Assembly (NCBI GenBank): GCA_937876465.1 | Contig: CALEHV010000023.1 | Coordinates: forward strand, 6,625-70,624 | Length of the DNA: 64,000 nucleotides | Origin: an uncultured Bacillota bacterium | Lineage (GTDB): Bacteria > Bacillota_I > Bacilli_A > RFN20 > CAG-826 | Direction: 5' to 3' | Shown here: in pieces, positions 1-8,955 of the stretch | How positions within the stretch are numbered: position 1 is the first letter of the stretch | Layout: every line of letters begins with the position of its first letter | Made by a program: the position numbers and the translations under genes | The notes under the pieces: generated by a model | What the model was told of the DNA's origin: nothing | Database searches by the model: none | Seen by the model: only the letters and a program-made list of their open reading frames with translations

Positions 1-1
1 T

Positions 2-67
2 CGTTTACCTGAATATTATGATGGCACATATCAATATCTAAAGAGTCTGGGTGTTGAGGAAATATAA
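2..67 (+). CDS. 3' end of an unidentified CDS (partial, continues upstream of the window)
   Basis: Open frame from the window edge reads ..RLPEYYDGTYQYLKSLGVEEI, then TAA at 65-67. No family recognised. Confidence 0.3.
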   Translation, partial: RLPEYYDGTYQYLKSLGVEEI

Positions 68-346
68 TTACAGTTTGTTTTTTTAGTTGTAACAGCTTAT
101 TCCGAAATCCCTAAAATACTTAATAGCAAATAAAAATGTGTTCACTGTCATACATTAAACACAGGAACACGTTTGTTGCGTGTGTCTAAAGTTAAAAGAG
201 GGAACATATTGGCATCAGCATGTATAAATTATCGGCCGGACATGATTAATTAAAGGTAACAAAACGCCATTAAAAGTTAATAAAAGTGAACTGCCTTTAT
301 ATTATATATAAAGTGTTTCTTTGATACAGACATGAGCAAAATCTGA

Positions 347-520
347 AAGCGATACAAAAGTGCGGATGCATATCGTGATGGCGAAAGTAGATGGTATTTG
401 TCTAAAAATCTTTTTGAAAAGGCGTTAACTTTTAATTCTTATTCTGGAGCTAAATTTAATAATACAATTATAGGCTCTTCTTACGTTAGAGGAATCTTAG
501 AAGATAATAGAATATATTAA
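347..520 (+). pseudogene. start-less ORF fragment (probable gene remnant)
   Basis: 57 sense codons (..ADAYRDGESRWYLSKNLFEKALTFNSYSGAKFNNTIIGSSYVRGILEDNRIY) lie between TGA 344-346 and TAA 518-520. There is no Met codon. A 4-codon ATG ORF (332-346) sits just upstream in another frame. Confidence 0.25.
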
Positions 521-522
521 CC

Positions 523-643
523 TCTATATTTTGCTAGGTAAGTAATTGGATACAAGTTTCTTTCTATCTTTAAGTTCGTAGATTCTTTTCTCATATTCTT
601 TTGTATTAGTAACTTTCTCAATAGTTTCAACAATATCATTAAG
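523..643 (-). pseudogene. start-less ORF fragment (probable gene remnant)
   Basis: The minus strand reads LNDIVETIEKVTNTKEYEKRIYELKDRKKLVSNYLPSKI then stop. It is preceded by an in-frame stop (644-646) and has no Met. Confidence 0.2.
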
Positions 644-707
644 CTAACAAGTGTATTAGTGGTCTATTTGACAGATTAGGTTATTGTGCCGTTTTTGTTA
701 TAGGCAA

Positions 708-742
708 AAATGACTACAAAAGTTGTCGTAAATGACTACAAA
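708..742 (+). promoter_or_regulatory. two direct copies of AAATGACTACAAA (708-720 and 730-742), a candidate operator
   Basis: Exact 13-nt repeat with 22-nt spacing, immediately upstream of the -10 region of the HTH gene at 770. Confidence 0.45.
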
Positions 743-756
743 TTTAACTTTAATAA

Positions 757-765
757 TGTTAATAT
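757..765 (+). promoter_or_regulatory. extended -10 element TGtTAATAT
   Basis: TGnTAATAT lies 4 nt before ATG 770 and there is no Shine-Dalgarno sequence. This implies a very short leader or none. Confidence 0.4.
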
Positions 766-769
766 GTAA

Positions 770-1867
770 ATGCCGAGGATAAGTGAAATGACAAACTTAG
801 AGAAAAATATAAATCAATATATGGAACTTAAAGGAATTAGATTTTATACAGATCTTTTGGTTGATATAGCACACCAATTAAATATAAAAGGATATGATGC
901 ATTTGAGTTTGCAAATAGAGAAAAAGCAAATTTTTCTAAAATGCTAAAAGGGCAGAGGCCTCTAAAATATGACTTCATCGTACCTTTAGAAAAAATATTT
1001 GGTGTATCGTTAGCGAGACTTCTTGATGAAGATGCTTATAAACTCCCTACTGAAAAAGATAACATCCCTTTTTTAAAAGGATTTAGATACTATGCATACA
1101 AAGACGACCCTGAATTATACGAAAAGGAGTTAGACAATTTGCTAACAGCGACTGGCGAATCATGTTTAACTCAAACCGACGAATTTGGTAAAACGTTCTT
1201 GGATTATGCTGTGGAATATAAATCAATTAATGGTGTTAGATTTCTACACGATAAATATAAATTAAAACTTAGATCTTATAATAATCATTTTGAGACTGAA
1301 CCAAATGGTATTCTTTGGATACACAATAAAGGCATTGAACTTGCAAGAATGATCTCAAATTTTGGTGATGTTGAATTATTCAATGATATTTACGACTCAA
1401 GATATATGGTTGCTTGTGGTGGATATTATCTTCCAGACACAATATTTGCTACTGACGAATATGCTTCCATTATTTTGGAAAATAAGGAACTTTATAATAG
1501 CTTATTTGAAAACAAACCATACGCATATTTATATGGAAGAAAGGCACAAACCAGATTAAATAAAAAGTATATGGAATTCAATTCTATCAATCCTGTTATA
1601 AATACTTGCCTTAGTTATGCGTTGAGACATTTAAAGAAATACAAAAATGAAGCGATAGAAATATTAAATTTTGGAATTAATCATAATTTGAGAATTCGTC
1701 AAAGATTTGGAAAAGAATTATATAACTTCCATATAGATGAATGCGGCGGCATAAGGGACCGGGCAAACAACAATGAAATAGTGCAAATTGCAGTTATTGT
1801 AAAAGAGAAAGAGATTAATGATGAAGAGATCAATAATCTAATTGAACAACTTCCTACTTTTATGTAA
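770..1867 (+). CDS. hypothetical protein with an XRE-like N-terminal HTH and an ankyrin-like segment
   Basis: 365-aa ORF. The N-terminal ~85 aa look like a Cro/C1 HTH (..FSKMLKGQRPLKYDFIVPLEKIFGVSLARLL). GKTFLDYAVEYKSINGVRFL is ANK-like. The rest is unassigned. Confidence 0.6.
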   Translation: MPRISEMTNLEKNINQYMELKGIRFYTDLLVDIAHQLNIKGYDAFEFANREKANFSKMLKGQRPLKYDFIVPLEKIFGVSLARLLDEDAYKLPTEKDNIPFLKGFRYYAYKDDPELYEKELDNLLTATGESCLTQTDEFGKTFLDYAVEYKSINGVRFLHDKYKLKLRSYNNHFETEPNGILWIHNKGIELARMISNFGDVELFNDIYDSRYMVACGGYYLPDTIFATDEYASIILENKELYNSLFENKPYAYLYGRKAQTRLNKKYMEFNSINPVINTCLSYALRHLKKYKNEAIEILNFGINHNLRIRQRFGKELYNFHIDECGGIRDRANNNEIVQIAVIVKEKEINDEEINNLIEQLPTFM

Positions 1868-1935
1868 ATTGTAATTATTCGTAAAATCCTTTCTGAAGCT
1901 TTGCATCGATTCTCCTCGAAATATTGCAAAGCGGA

Positions 1936-1972
1936 AAAAGACAGTGAATTCTAGAAAAACACTGTCTTTTTT
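1936..1972 (+). terminator. rho-independent terminator
   Basis: GACAGTG (1940-46) pairs with CACTGTC (1960-66), followed by TTTTTT. Confidence 0.7.
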
Positions 1973-2064
1973 CTATGATTTTAGGAAATAATCTCGTTTA
2001 AAAAGTTGATTTAAGATATAATTAATTTAATAAAATTAGGTTGGTAAACGTACATAAATTAAGT

Positions 2065-2127
2065 AATTCAACAAATCGTTTAGCAATTCAACATTTTGTT
2101 TATTTTCTTTATTCAACATTTTGTTTA
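2065..2127 (+). promoter_or_regulatory. three iterons ATTCAACAnnnTnGTTTA (2065-2082, 2085-2102, 2111-2127)
   Basis: Copies 2 and 3 are identical over 17 nt and contain the inverted core AACAtttTGTT. They lie directly upstream of the XRE gene at 2152. Confidence 0.5.
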
Positions 2128-2151
2128 ATTTAATTGTGTGAGGGCAAATAT

Positions 2152-3024
2152 ATGATAGGCGAAAATATTAAGAGATTAAGAACAGCAAAAGGACTTACAC
2201 AAAAGGATCTTGCAGACAAACTTTATGTAACTGCACAAGCCGTCTCTAGATGGGAGAACAATGAAGTTGAACCTTCAATAAATACCATTAAAGATATGGC
2301 AAGACTTTTTAATGTTCAAACAGATGAATTATTAGAAGTTGAAACAAATAAAACTGACGACACAGTTGTTGTAACTGAAAATGAACAAAAACAAGAAAAC
2401 AAAGAAGAGGTTTCTGCTTCAGTAGCAAAACCTGTTCTTGCTGTTTGCGAGCAATGTAATAGACCAATCTATAATCCTAATGAAATAATTAGAAACACAC
2501 ATACATATGGCCGTACTCATAAAAAATATGTTCGCGTCTTATGCACAGACTGTGATAAGAAGAATAAAGCACGAGCTGCTGCAGCTGCATATAGTGCAGG
2601 AAAGAAACGCAGAGTACATGCATTTGTTTGGCCAAGCATTTTACTTGCCATCATTTTAGGAGTTTTTATTGCACTAGCAGTTGTTAACAATCAAGCCGGA
2701 TATGCTATTGGCGGTGTAGTCGGTGGTATAGGTGTTTATTGTTGGTTAGCATGCATGATTTTGTATAACAATTTTATATTTAATATGACCTTAGAAATAT
2801 TCTCTTGGGGATTTGTTAAATTTCCTGGAGTTATATTCAGTTTAAGCTTTGATGGAATCCTTTGGCTTATATGGGTTAAGGTTCTATTTTGGATTCTTGG
2901 ATTCATGCTTGCATTTGCCGCAGGTGCATTTGCAATTTTAATAGGTGCAGTATGCGGTGTATTTACATACCCATTTGCATTAAGAAAAAACTTTGTAGAT
3001 CCGTATTCTACATGTAATGATTAA
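2152..3024 (+). CDS. membrane-tethered XRE-family transcriptional regulator (HTH, CxxC..CxxC, ~4 TM)
   Basis: IGENIKRLRTAKGLTQKDLADKLYVTAQAVSRWENNEVEPS is a classic HTH_3. It also has CEQC..CTDC and a hydrophobic C-terminal half. ATG 2152 has a GAGGG RBS. The ORF-track TTG start at 2134 is unlikely. Confidence 0.8.
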   Translation: MIGENIKRLRTAKGLTQKDLADKLYVTAQAVSRWENNEVEPSINTIKDMARLFNVQTDELLEVETNKTDDTVVVTENEQKQENKEEVSASVAKPVLAVCEQCNRPIYNPNEIIRNTHTYGRTHKKYVRVLCTDCDKKNKARAAAAAYSAGKKRRVHAFVWPSILLAIILGVFIALAVVNNQAGYAIGGVVGGIGVYCWLACMILYNNFIFNMTLEIFSWGFVKFPGVIFSLSFDGILWLIWVKVLFWILGFMLAFAAGAFAILIGAVCGVFTYPFALRKNFVDPYSTCND

Positions 3025-3041
3025 TTTGAAGGAGCTCAATC

Positions 3042-5903
3042 ATGAAAAATAAAAATATTTTAAAAACATTAACTATTTGCGGTTTAGCTGTTACTTTAAC
3101 CGCTTGTTCAAACAATGTTCCAACAAGTAGTTCTGCATCAAGTTCATCTACTTCTACTACTCAATCTAGTACAAGCGGCTCAACTTCAACTGGAACATCC
3201 ACAAGTACAACTACAACTTCAACAAGTACAACCAATCCTGGTGCTGAACTTGAAGCATATAAGGTGGAATCTATAGGTAAACTTGATACTTTATTAGATC
3301 AAGTTAGAGATTTAATTCATGATGAAGAACTTATTTTAGAAATTGCTGAATTTTATAAAACTGAAAAAGCAAAAATTGAGGCAATTACGGATATTCAATC
3401 AGGTAAGGTTGTTGTCCAACAAGTACTTGAAGATACTGCTGCCTTTATTGTTGTTGTTTCAAATAAAGAAATTCAAAAAGTTAAAAATATTACTTTAGCA
3501 GCTTTAGAAGCACTAAAAGCAAAATACATTGATACGTTATCCAATGAAGAATTAAAAACCATCCTCACAAGCTTTTATAATACTTTGGTTGCCAAAGTTA
3601 ATGAGGATGTTACATTAGAAAATTTAGTAGAAAAGATGGAATCTATTTCTTCATCTGCTGAAAGCGGCATTACAGGTAAAATTAATGACTTTATTGATGC
3701 TGGAAAAGAAAAGCTGAGAGAATATTTAGACGAGAAAGTCAATTCATTACTAGATTATGTTGAAGACGGAGATATAAAAGATGCAATTGAAGAATTCTAT
3801 TCTGATGGAATGGATGCAATCTTTGCTGTTGATACAGTTGAAGAATTAGATGCATTAAAAGCAACTTTAGAAGAAGAGACAGTCGAATTTGTTAATAACA
3901 TGACTGCCGCAATTTTAAGTGTAGGCAAAGATGCTTTAATCGATCAACTTAACGCTATTAAAAATCCAATTTATGAAAAAATTGTTGATCAAGATTTAAT
4001 CGATTCTTTGGACGAATTCTTAGAAACCCAAATTGGAAAGATTAACGGAATCGATTCATTAGAAGATTTGAAAGATTTGGGAGCTTCAGTTCTTAAAGAC
4101 TTTGAAGCATTTGTGAAAAATATTGTTTCAGCTCAATTAGTTAAATACAAAAATGAAGCACTTACTTTATTGGATGATAAGTTGGATGAACTTTTAGAGA
4201 ACCAATATGTTTCAAAAGTGTTAGAAGAATTAGGCATCGAGGAATTGATTAACGATTTTAAGGATGACGAAATCGCAAAGATTCAAGCAGTTGAGACTTT
4301 AGATGATGCAACAGCATTAAAAGATGAAATAATTGGCGATTGCGAGAATTTTGCTAAAGAAATCCTAGCTGCCATTCTTGCTAACGCTAAAGAAAAAGCT
4401 AAAGCAGAATTAACTGATTTAAAGGATGAAGTAGTAAATCTAATTCCTTCAGATCGTATTAAAAATGAATTGGATCCTTTCTTAACTGAACAAATAGAAA
4501 AAATCGATGATGTTGATTCTTTAGACGATATCGATGATGTCTTTGCTTCTGTAATTCAAGATACAAAAGATTTCATAAAAGAATTAATTATTAGTGAAGC
4601 AAAATATTTGATGCAAACATATTTAAACAATATTGTTGAAGCTCAAAGCAAAACACCTTATGCATATTTGCCAGAAAAAATGATTCCATCAAATAAACTT
4701 GTTAGTGATCCGTCAACTCTTGAATATGACTTTGATTCTTTCGTTGATGTTTCTGATATTGATTATTCGGGATATGGTCAACAATGGAACATGGTTATCG
4801 ATAACATTACTCAATTGCAATCATTTGCTTCTATTTTCAATGTTGCTCAAGCAGCAATTGCAGATACAACACTTTTAATTAATGAATATTTAGTTAATAC
4901 AGAAGACGAAGATATGGAAAAGTCTTTTGAAACAGAAAAACTTTTAGCTTACATCAAGTTAAATGATGATAATTCTTTTGAATATAACATTTCATTCAAA
5001 GTTAGTTATGACATCCCTGTATTTGGAACTGTGCAACCAGTTGTTAATATGCATTACGATCCAGAGAATGCTGAATCAACAATTCTTATTAAATTAACAG
5101 ACGATAATCAAATTAAATATGTTGTTAGCGAAAACAAATTTATCTGCGCTTTAAGCTACGGAATTGAATCTGGTAGTAGAACATCATATCTTTCAATTGA
5201 AAAAGACAAAGAAGGCACTACTGGACACGTTTATGAGTATGTTACTCTAAAAGACAAAGATTTAGTCGCTTCAGCTGCGGACTTCTATATCGACGACACC
5301 TATGTAGCTGTAGTTGGTAATAAAGCTGATGGAATTGTAGGCATGGATGGTTTCATCAGTGAACTATATCTAAAATCAACAGGAAAAATGCTTGGTTATG
5401 AGATTGAAGAATCTATCTCTGGTGTTGGTTATAACACTTTATGGTTTAACCTTGATGATATTTCAGGAATTGAGAATATTAAAATTGGCGATAAAACCAA
5501 AGATAATACAAGTAGCAAATCAACAAATGATGTCTATTTAAATAATAGTGATGTCTTATTTAAGCCAACATACAATAAAAAATTTGGTATTCCAACAAGT
5601 AGGAAATATGATATCGAATTTAGAGCAAGATATTACTATTCAAAAGACGATTTAAATAATGTTGTCGAACACAAATTATCGATACCTATGATGTTTATTC
5701 AAGAAGATAATTCAATAGATACTAACTTTACTGATTTTCCAGCAAATATTTTGGAAGATAATGGTTTAACATGTTCGGTTATTTTAAATCAAAATCATTT
5801 GAATCGAATTTTGAGTGACTATGATACTTTGATTCCGATATTCAAAGAAAATAAATCATCAATGTCCTCTGAAGCTATTGTATCGTTTATTGTTGGCGAA
5901 TAA
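3042..5903 (+). CDS. large surface lipoprotein with six ~70-aa helical repeats and an unassigned C-terminal domain
   Basis: Signal peptide plus lipobox LTAC, then a ~45-aa Ser/Thr linker, then repeated ..I.(A/V)(V/I)(D/E)(S/T)(L/V)(D/E)(D/E)L..L......F(V/I) modules. AAGGAG RBS. Confidence 0.8.
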   Translation: MKNKNILKTLTICGLAVTLTACSNNVPTSSSASSSSTSTTQSSTSGSTSTGTSTSTTTTSTSTTNPGAELEAYKVESIGKLDTLLDQVRDLIHDEELILEIAEFYKTEKAKIEAITDIQSGKVVVQQVLEDTAAFIVVVSNKEIQKVKNITLAALEALKAKYIDTLSNEELKTILTSFYNTLVAKVNEDVTLENLVEKMESISSSAESGITGKINDFIDAGKEKLREYLDEKVNSLLDYVEDGDIKDAIEEFYSDGMDAIFAVDTVEELDALKATLEEETVEFVNNMTAAILSVGKDALIDQLNAIKNPIYEKIVDQDLIDSLDEFLETQIGKINGIDSLEDLKDLGASVLKDFEAFVKNIVSAQLVKYKNEALTLLDDKLDELLENQYVSKVLEELGIEELINDFKDDEIAKIQAVETLDDATALKDEIIGDCENFAKEILAAILANAKEKAKAELTDLKDEVVNLIPSDRIKNELDPFLTEQIEKIDDVDSLDDIDDVFASVIQDTKDFIKELIISEAKYLMQTYLNNIVEAQSKTPYAYLPEKMIPSNKLVSDPSTLEYDFDSFVDVSDIDYSGYGQQWNMVIDNITQLQSFASIFNVAQAAIADTTLLINEYLVNTEDEDMEKSFETEKLLAYIKLNDDNSFEYNISFKVSYDIPVFGTVQPVVNMHYDPENAESTILIKLTDDNQIKYVVSENKFICALSYGIESGSRTSYLSIEKDKEGTTGHVYEYVTLKDKDLVASAADFYIDDTYVAVVGNKADGIVGMDGFISELYLKSTGKMLGYEIEESISGVGYNTLWFNLDDISGIENIKIGDKTKDNTSSKSTNDVYLNNSDVLFKPTYNKKFGIPTSRKYDIEFRARYYYSKDDLNNVVEHKLSIPMMFIQEDNSIDTNFTDFPANILEDNGLTCSVILNQNHLNRILSDYDTLIPIFKENKSSMSSEAIVSFIVGE

Positions 5904-5919
5904 TTGCTATAGTATATGT

Positions 5920-6264
5920 ATGCCAAGAATTCATACACATACTTCACACAATTATTCTGATTCGCAAAAAGATGCATTATCGAAATGCTACGAATTAGAA
6001 AGCAAAATTGATCACATTGAAAAGTGGATGAAAGTTGCTGCAATACTATCATTAGTTATTGGGGCACCAGTTATTCTCTTTTTAGGTATCGCTTTTGCAC
6101 TCCAAAAAATTGATTCATGGATTTTGTTTACAATTGGTGGAGTAGTTTTAGCTGGTTTAATTGTAGCAATTTTCTTTATCATTAGAGCTCAACTAAAGAA
6201 ACATAAAATGAAAAGAGAAATTAAGAAGATTGTTCGTGAATCTGGTATAGATTTTGTCTTATAA
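5920..6264 (+). CDS. small membrane protein (2 TM), hypothetical
   Basis: ATG 5920 lies after the lipoprotein stop. Two hydrophobic helices are followed by a Lys-rich tail. The TTG 5878 start overlaps the upstream gene and was rejected. Confidence 0.5.
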   Translation: MPRIHTHTSHNYSDSQKDALSKCYELESKIDHIEKWMKVAAILSLVIGAPVILFLGIAFALQKIDSWILFTIGGVVLAGLIVAIFFIIRAQLKKHKMKREIKKIVRESGIDFVL

Positions 6265-6289
6265 TACTTTAAGCGAGGTTTATATAACC

Positions 6290-6652
6290 ATGGAAAAGAA
6301 AACAAATCAAGAAAACAATGTTGTTGAAGCAACAAATCGCCCAATTCAAAAAGAACATGTAAGCGGTGCAGGAAGAGTCTTCACTATAATTGGCTTCATT
6401 TTAATGGTAGTAAGCTTATTACTTTTAATTACATATATTGCTTTAGGTTCCGCTGTTAAGAACCACGAAATTAAATATGTTGTTGCATCTTGGATGGCTT
6501 TAGCAGTCTTTTTTATTGGGGGTGCAGGAATTACTTGCTGTTCATTTGGAATTAAAAATCTTAGAGGTCTTTCTATCTCGGGACTTATCATTTCCATTTC
6601 TACAACATTAGTTTCATTTATTTACTTTATATCTTATTTAGTGAATCTATAA
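6290..6652 (+). CDS. small membrane protein (3-4 TM), hypothetical
   Basis: ATG 6290 is preceded by GCGAGG. Starts MEKKTNQENN.. and continues with hydrophobic helices. Confidence 0.55.
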   Translation: MEKKTNQENNVVEATNRPIQKEHVSGAGRVFTIIGFILMVVSLLLLITYIALGSAVKNHEIKYVVASWMALAVFFIGGAGITCCSFGIKNLRGLSISGLIISISTTLVSFIYFISYLVNL

Positions 6653-6671
6653 TTTAAAATTTAAAAAGAAT

Positions 6672-6698
6672 AATGGCGAAGATGAAATCGTCATTTTT
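6672..6698 (+). terminator. rho-independent terminator ending the 2152-6652 operon
   Basis: AATGGCGA (6672-79) pairs with TCGTCATT (6688-95), including one G-U pair. 8-nt loop, then TTT. Confidence 0.6.
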
Positions 6699-6868
6699 GG
6701 TGTAGGAGCATCCATTATAGTTAAAAGAAACTATTTTTAGGTTGCTTTCGTATTTGATTAATTTAACTAAAAAGAAACCTATAGAAAACTTACAAAAACA
6801 GTAAAAATTATATTAAATTAGATACGAAAATCATTTTTATAATATTAAAAATGTGCTAAAAATAAAGT

Positions 6869-8938
6869 ATGCACGAAGACGAATATAATAGCCCTATTAA
6901 GGAAAGTATTAGCGTCAACGAGAACAAACAATCTCAAGAATTTTCTAGTGTAAAAGAATACGATAAACAATCTAAAGAATTCGAACAGATTTCTGAGACT
7001 GGAAAAATTATTAATAATCATTATCACAAACCAAGTAACAACGGAGGCCTTAAGCTTCCTATTTATATTTTCGTTGGCGCAGTTGCTGGTGGTATAGTTA
7101 TCGCAGCTGGTGCAATTGAAGAAATCAAAGGTGGTCATTCAGAAATCATTATCTCTGAAGTTGGAGAAAACTATGTTTCCTTTAACTATGAAACCAATGA
7201 CGAAAACCTTGTGATGAAAATTCATAATGACTTCGAAGAAGAAACACAAGAAATCGACTATTCTGAAAAAGATGAAGATGGCTTATATAAAGGTTCGTAC
7301 ACATTTAGTTCTCTCAAGAGTAACACAAACTATGTTGTCTCTCTTGATGGAAAAATGAAATTCGGAACAACTGCTAGAGTATCAAAGAGAGTTAAGACAC
7401 TTGCTAAAGGGAGTTGGAAAGATAAAGTTAAAACTTCATATGACTATTCCAAATTGAATGAAGAAAAACTCTTATTCTCGGTTGAGTTTGATGGATTAGA
7501 AAGAAGTGCAACCAACTATGCATTCAAGTTGTTTGACAATAACGGACTAGAACAAGCAGAAGTTATTTATGAGAATTATGAAGAAGTATACGAACTCAGT
7601 CTTCCTGATTCCATTATTAACGGAAGAATCTTCACACTTAACTTAAGAGCTGAAGTTGATGGACAAGTTGAAGACATTGTAAGCGAAAAACAAGACTTAG
7701 ATACAATTCTTACTAGATTCGAAGATGTATCGGTTAACGTTGATACAGATCAAATCTACGATAAAAACCTTGTTTACTTCGAATTGCAATTCGTTGATAC
7801 TCTTGGGTACTATCCTGAATCTTGTTTCTCAGCAACAATACAAGGCAATTCTCAAAGATCAATGGAAGTTAACTTTGAAGGCCATTTGCATGATAAGTTT
7901 GCTGTTTCCTTAGATGCTCTTGATTATGCTCAACAAGCTGAAGTAATAGTTCAATTCGAATATAAGGGACAAAGAAGAATTTTGTATAACGAATCCATAG
8001 ATACGAGAACTGTATCGTGGAGAAATAAAGTCCAAACGACATACGACTATTCGTGGTTAACAGGAGCTAAAGCTAAGTTAAATGTTTCAATTGATGGACT
8101 TGAGTGGAGTACAAGGAACTGGGTTATTAATGTTTGTGATGAACACACTTTAGAGACATTAACGTCTTGTGAGTACGCAGAATATAATAACGAATTTGAA
8201 ATTGACTTATCTGAGGTTCTCGATGTTTGTAAATATAGAATAGTTGCTTATGCTGATATCTTAGGAATGGAAAAAGTTCTTATCTTTGATGAAGTACAAA
8301 ACTTCTCTGAATATTTAACACCAATAGAAAATATTAGAGTTACTGTAGATAATAGTAAACTCCTCTCAGAAAATAGGTTCTATGTCTCAGTAGATTATGT
8401 TGATGTGTATGGAGTCTATTCCCTATACGGAGAGCTTCAAGATCATAACGATAGATCAATGTACGATTTCTTCGAATTCTTTGAAGAACAAGGCACTGAA
8501 AGAATTGGCTATACCGAAATGGAAAACCTATCACCGGCCAAGAAAGCATATGTCAAAATTCAAGGCTGTGCGAATGACACAATTTGGAAAGTATTCTTTG
8601 ATGAAGAAGTAGACTTCTATCGCACATCCTTACCAAGTGAGATATTGGTAACCCCATTATTCTCAAGTGCTTCAAGAACACCGCAATTCTTAGTAGAAAA
8701 CGTCGTCGATCTTGAAGAACCGTTAGCATATAACTTCAATACATTAACGGCGTATATATCTGTCGATGAAAGTCCTGGATTAGGAACTTGGACCAAAACA
8801 TATTCGGCAGATGATATGGGGGCTTACATTGTTGATTTATCAAACTTCTTGAATTTCGATAATGTAAGGTTCAGACTCACCATTTCTTACTTTGGTGAGA
8901 CTGTAACGCTTTATAACCAGATAGTAGCAATAAGTTAA
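6869..8938 (+). CDS. single-pass membrane protein with duplicated beta-rich modules, hypothetical
   Basis: 689 aa. TM LPIYIFVGAVAGGIVIAAGAI lies near the N-terminus. GSWKDKVKTSYDYSKL..FDGLERSATNY recurs as VSWRNKVQTTYDYSWL..IDGLEWSTRNW ~200 aa later. Confidence 0.7.
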   Translation: MHEDEYNSPIKESISVNENKQSQEFSSVKEYDKQSKEFEQISETGKIINNHYHKPSNNGGLKLPIYIFVGAVAGGIVIAAGAIEEIKGGHSEIIISEVGENYVSFNYETNDENLVMKIHNDFEEETQEIDYSEKDEDGLYKGSYTFSSLKSNTNYVVSLDGKMKFGTTARVSKRVKTLAKGSWKDKVKTSYDYSKLNEEKLLFSVEFDGLERSATNYAFKLFDNNGLEQAEVIYENYEEVYELSLPDSIINGRIFTLNLRAEVDGQVEDIVSEKQDLDTILTRFEDVSVNVDTDQIYDKNLVYFELQFVDTLGYYPESCFSATIQGNSQRSMEVNFEGHLHDKFAVSLDALDYAQQAEVIVQFEYKGQRRILYNESIDTRTVSWRNKVQTTYDYSWLTGAKAKLNVSIDGLEWSTRNWVINVCDEHTLETLTSCEYAEYNNEFEIDLSEVLDVCKYRIVAYADILGMEKVLIFDEVQNFSEYLTPIENIRVTVDNSKLLSENRFYVSVDYVDVYGVYSLYGELQDHNDRSMYDFFEFFEEQGTERIGYTEMENLSPAKKAYVKIQGCANDTIWKVFFDEEVDFYRTSLPSEILVTPLFSSASRTPQFLVENVVDLEEPLAYNFNTLTAYISVDESPGLGTWTKTYSADDMGAYIVDLSNFLNFDNVRFRLTISYFGETVTLYNQIVAIS

Positions 8939-8955
8939 TAAGGAGGAAAAAACTT

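Noticed and set aside
2134-2151. The longer ORF-track starts at TTG 2134, TTG 5878, 6254, 10432, 17538, GTG 27012, 29085, 35678, TTG 36817 and TTG 38865.
   Set aside because: Each either overlaps the preceding conserved gene or lacks an RBS. In each case a downstream ATG has an RBS or promoter in the correct position and gives the conserved N-terminus.
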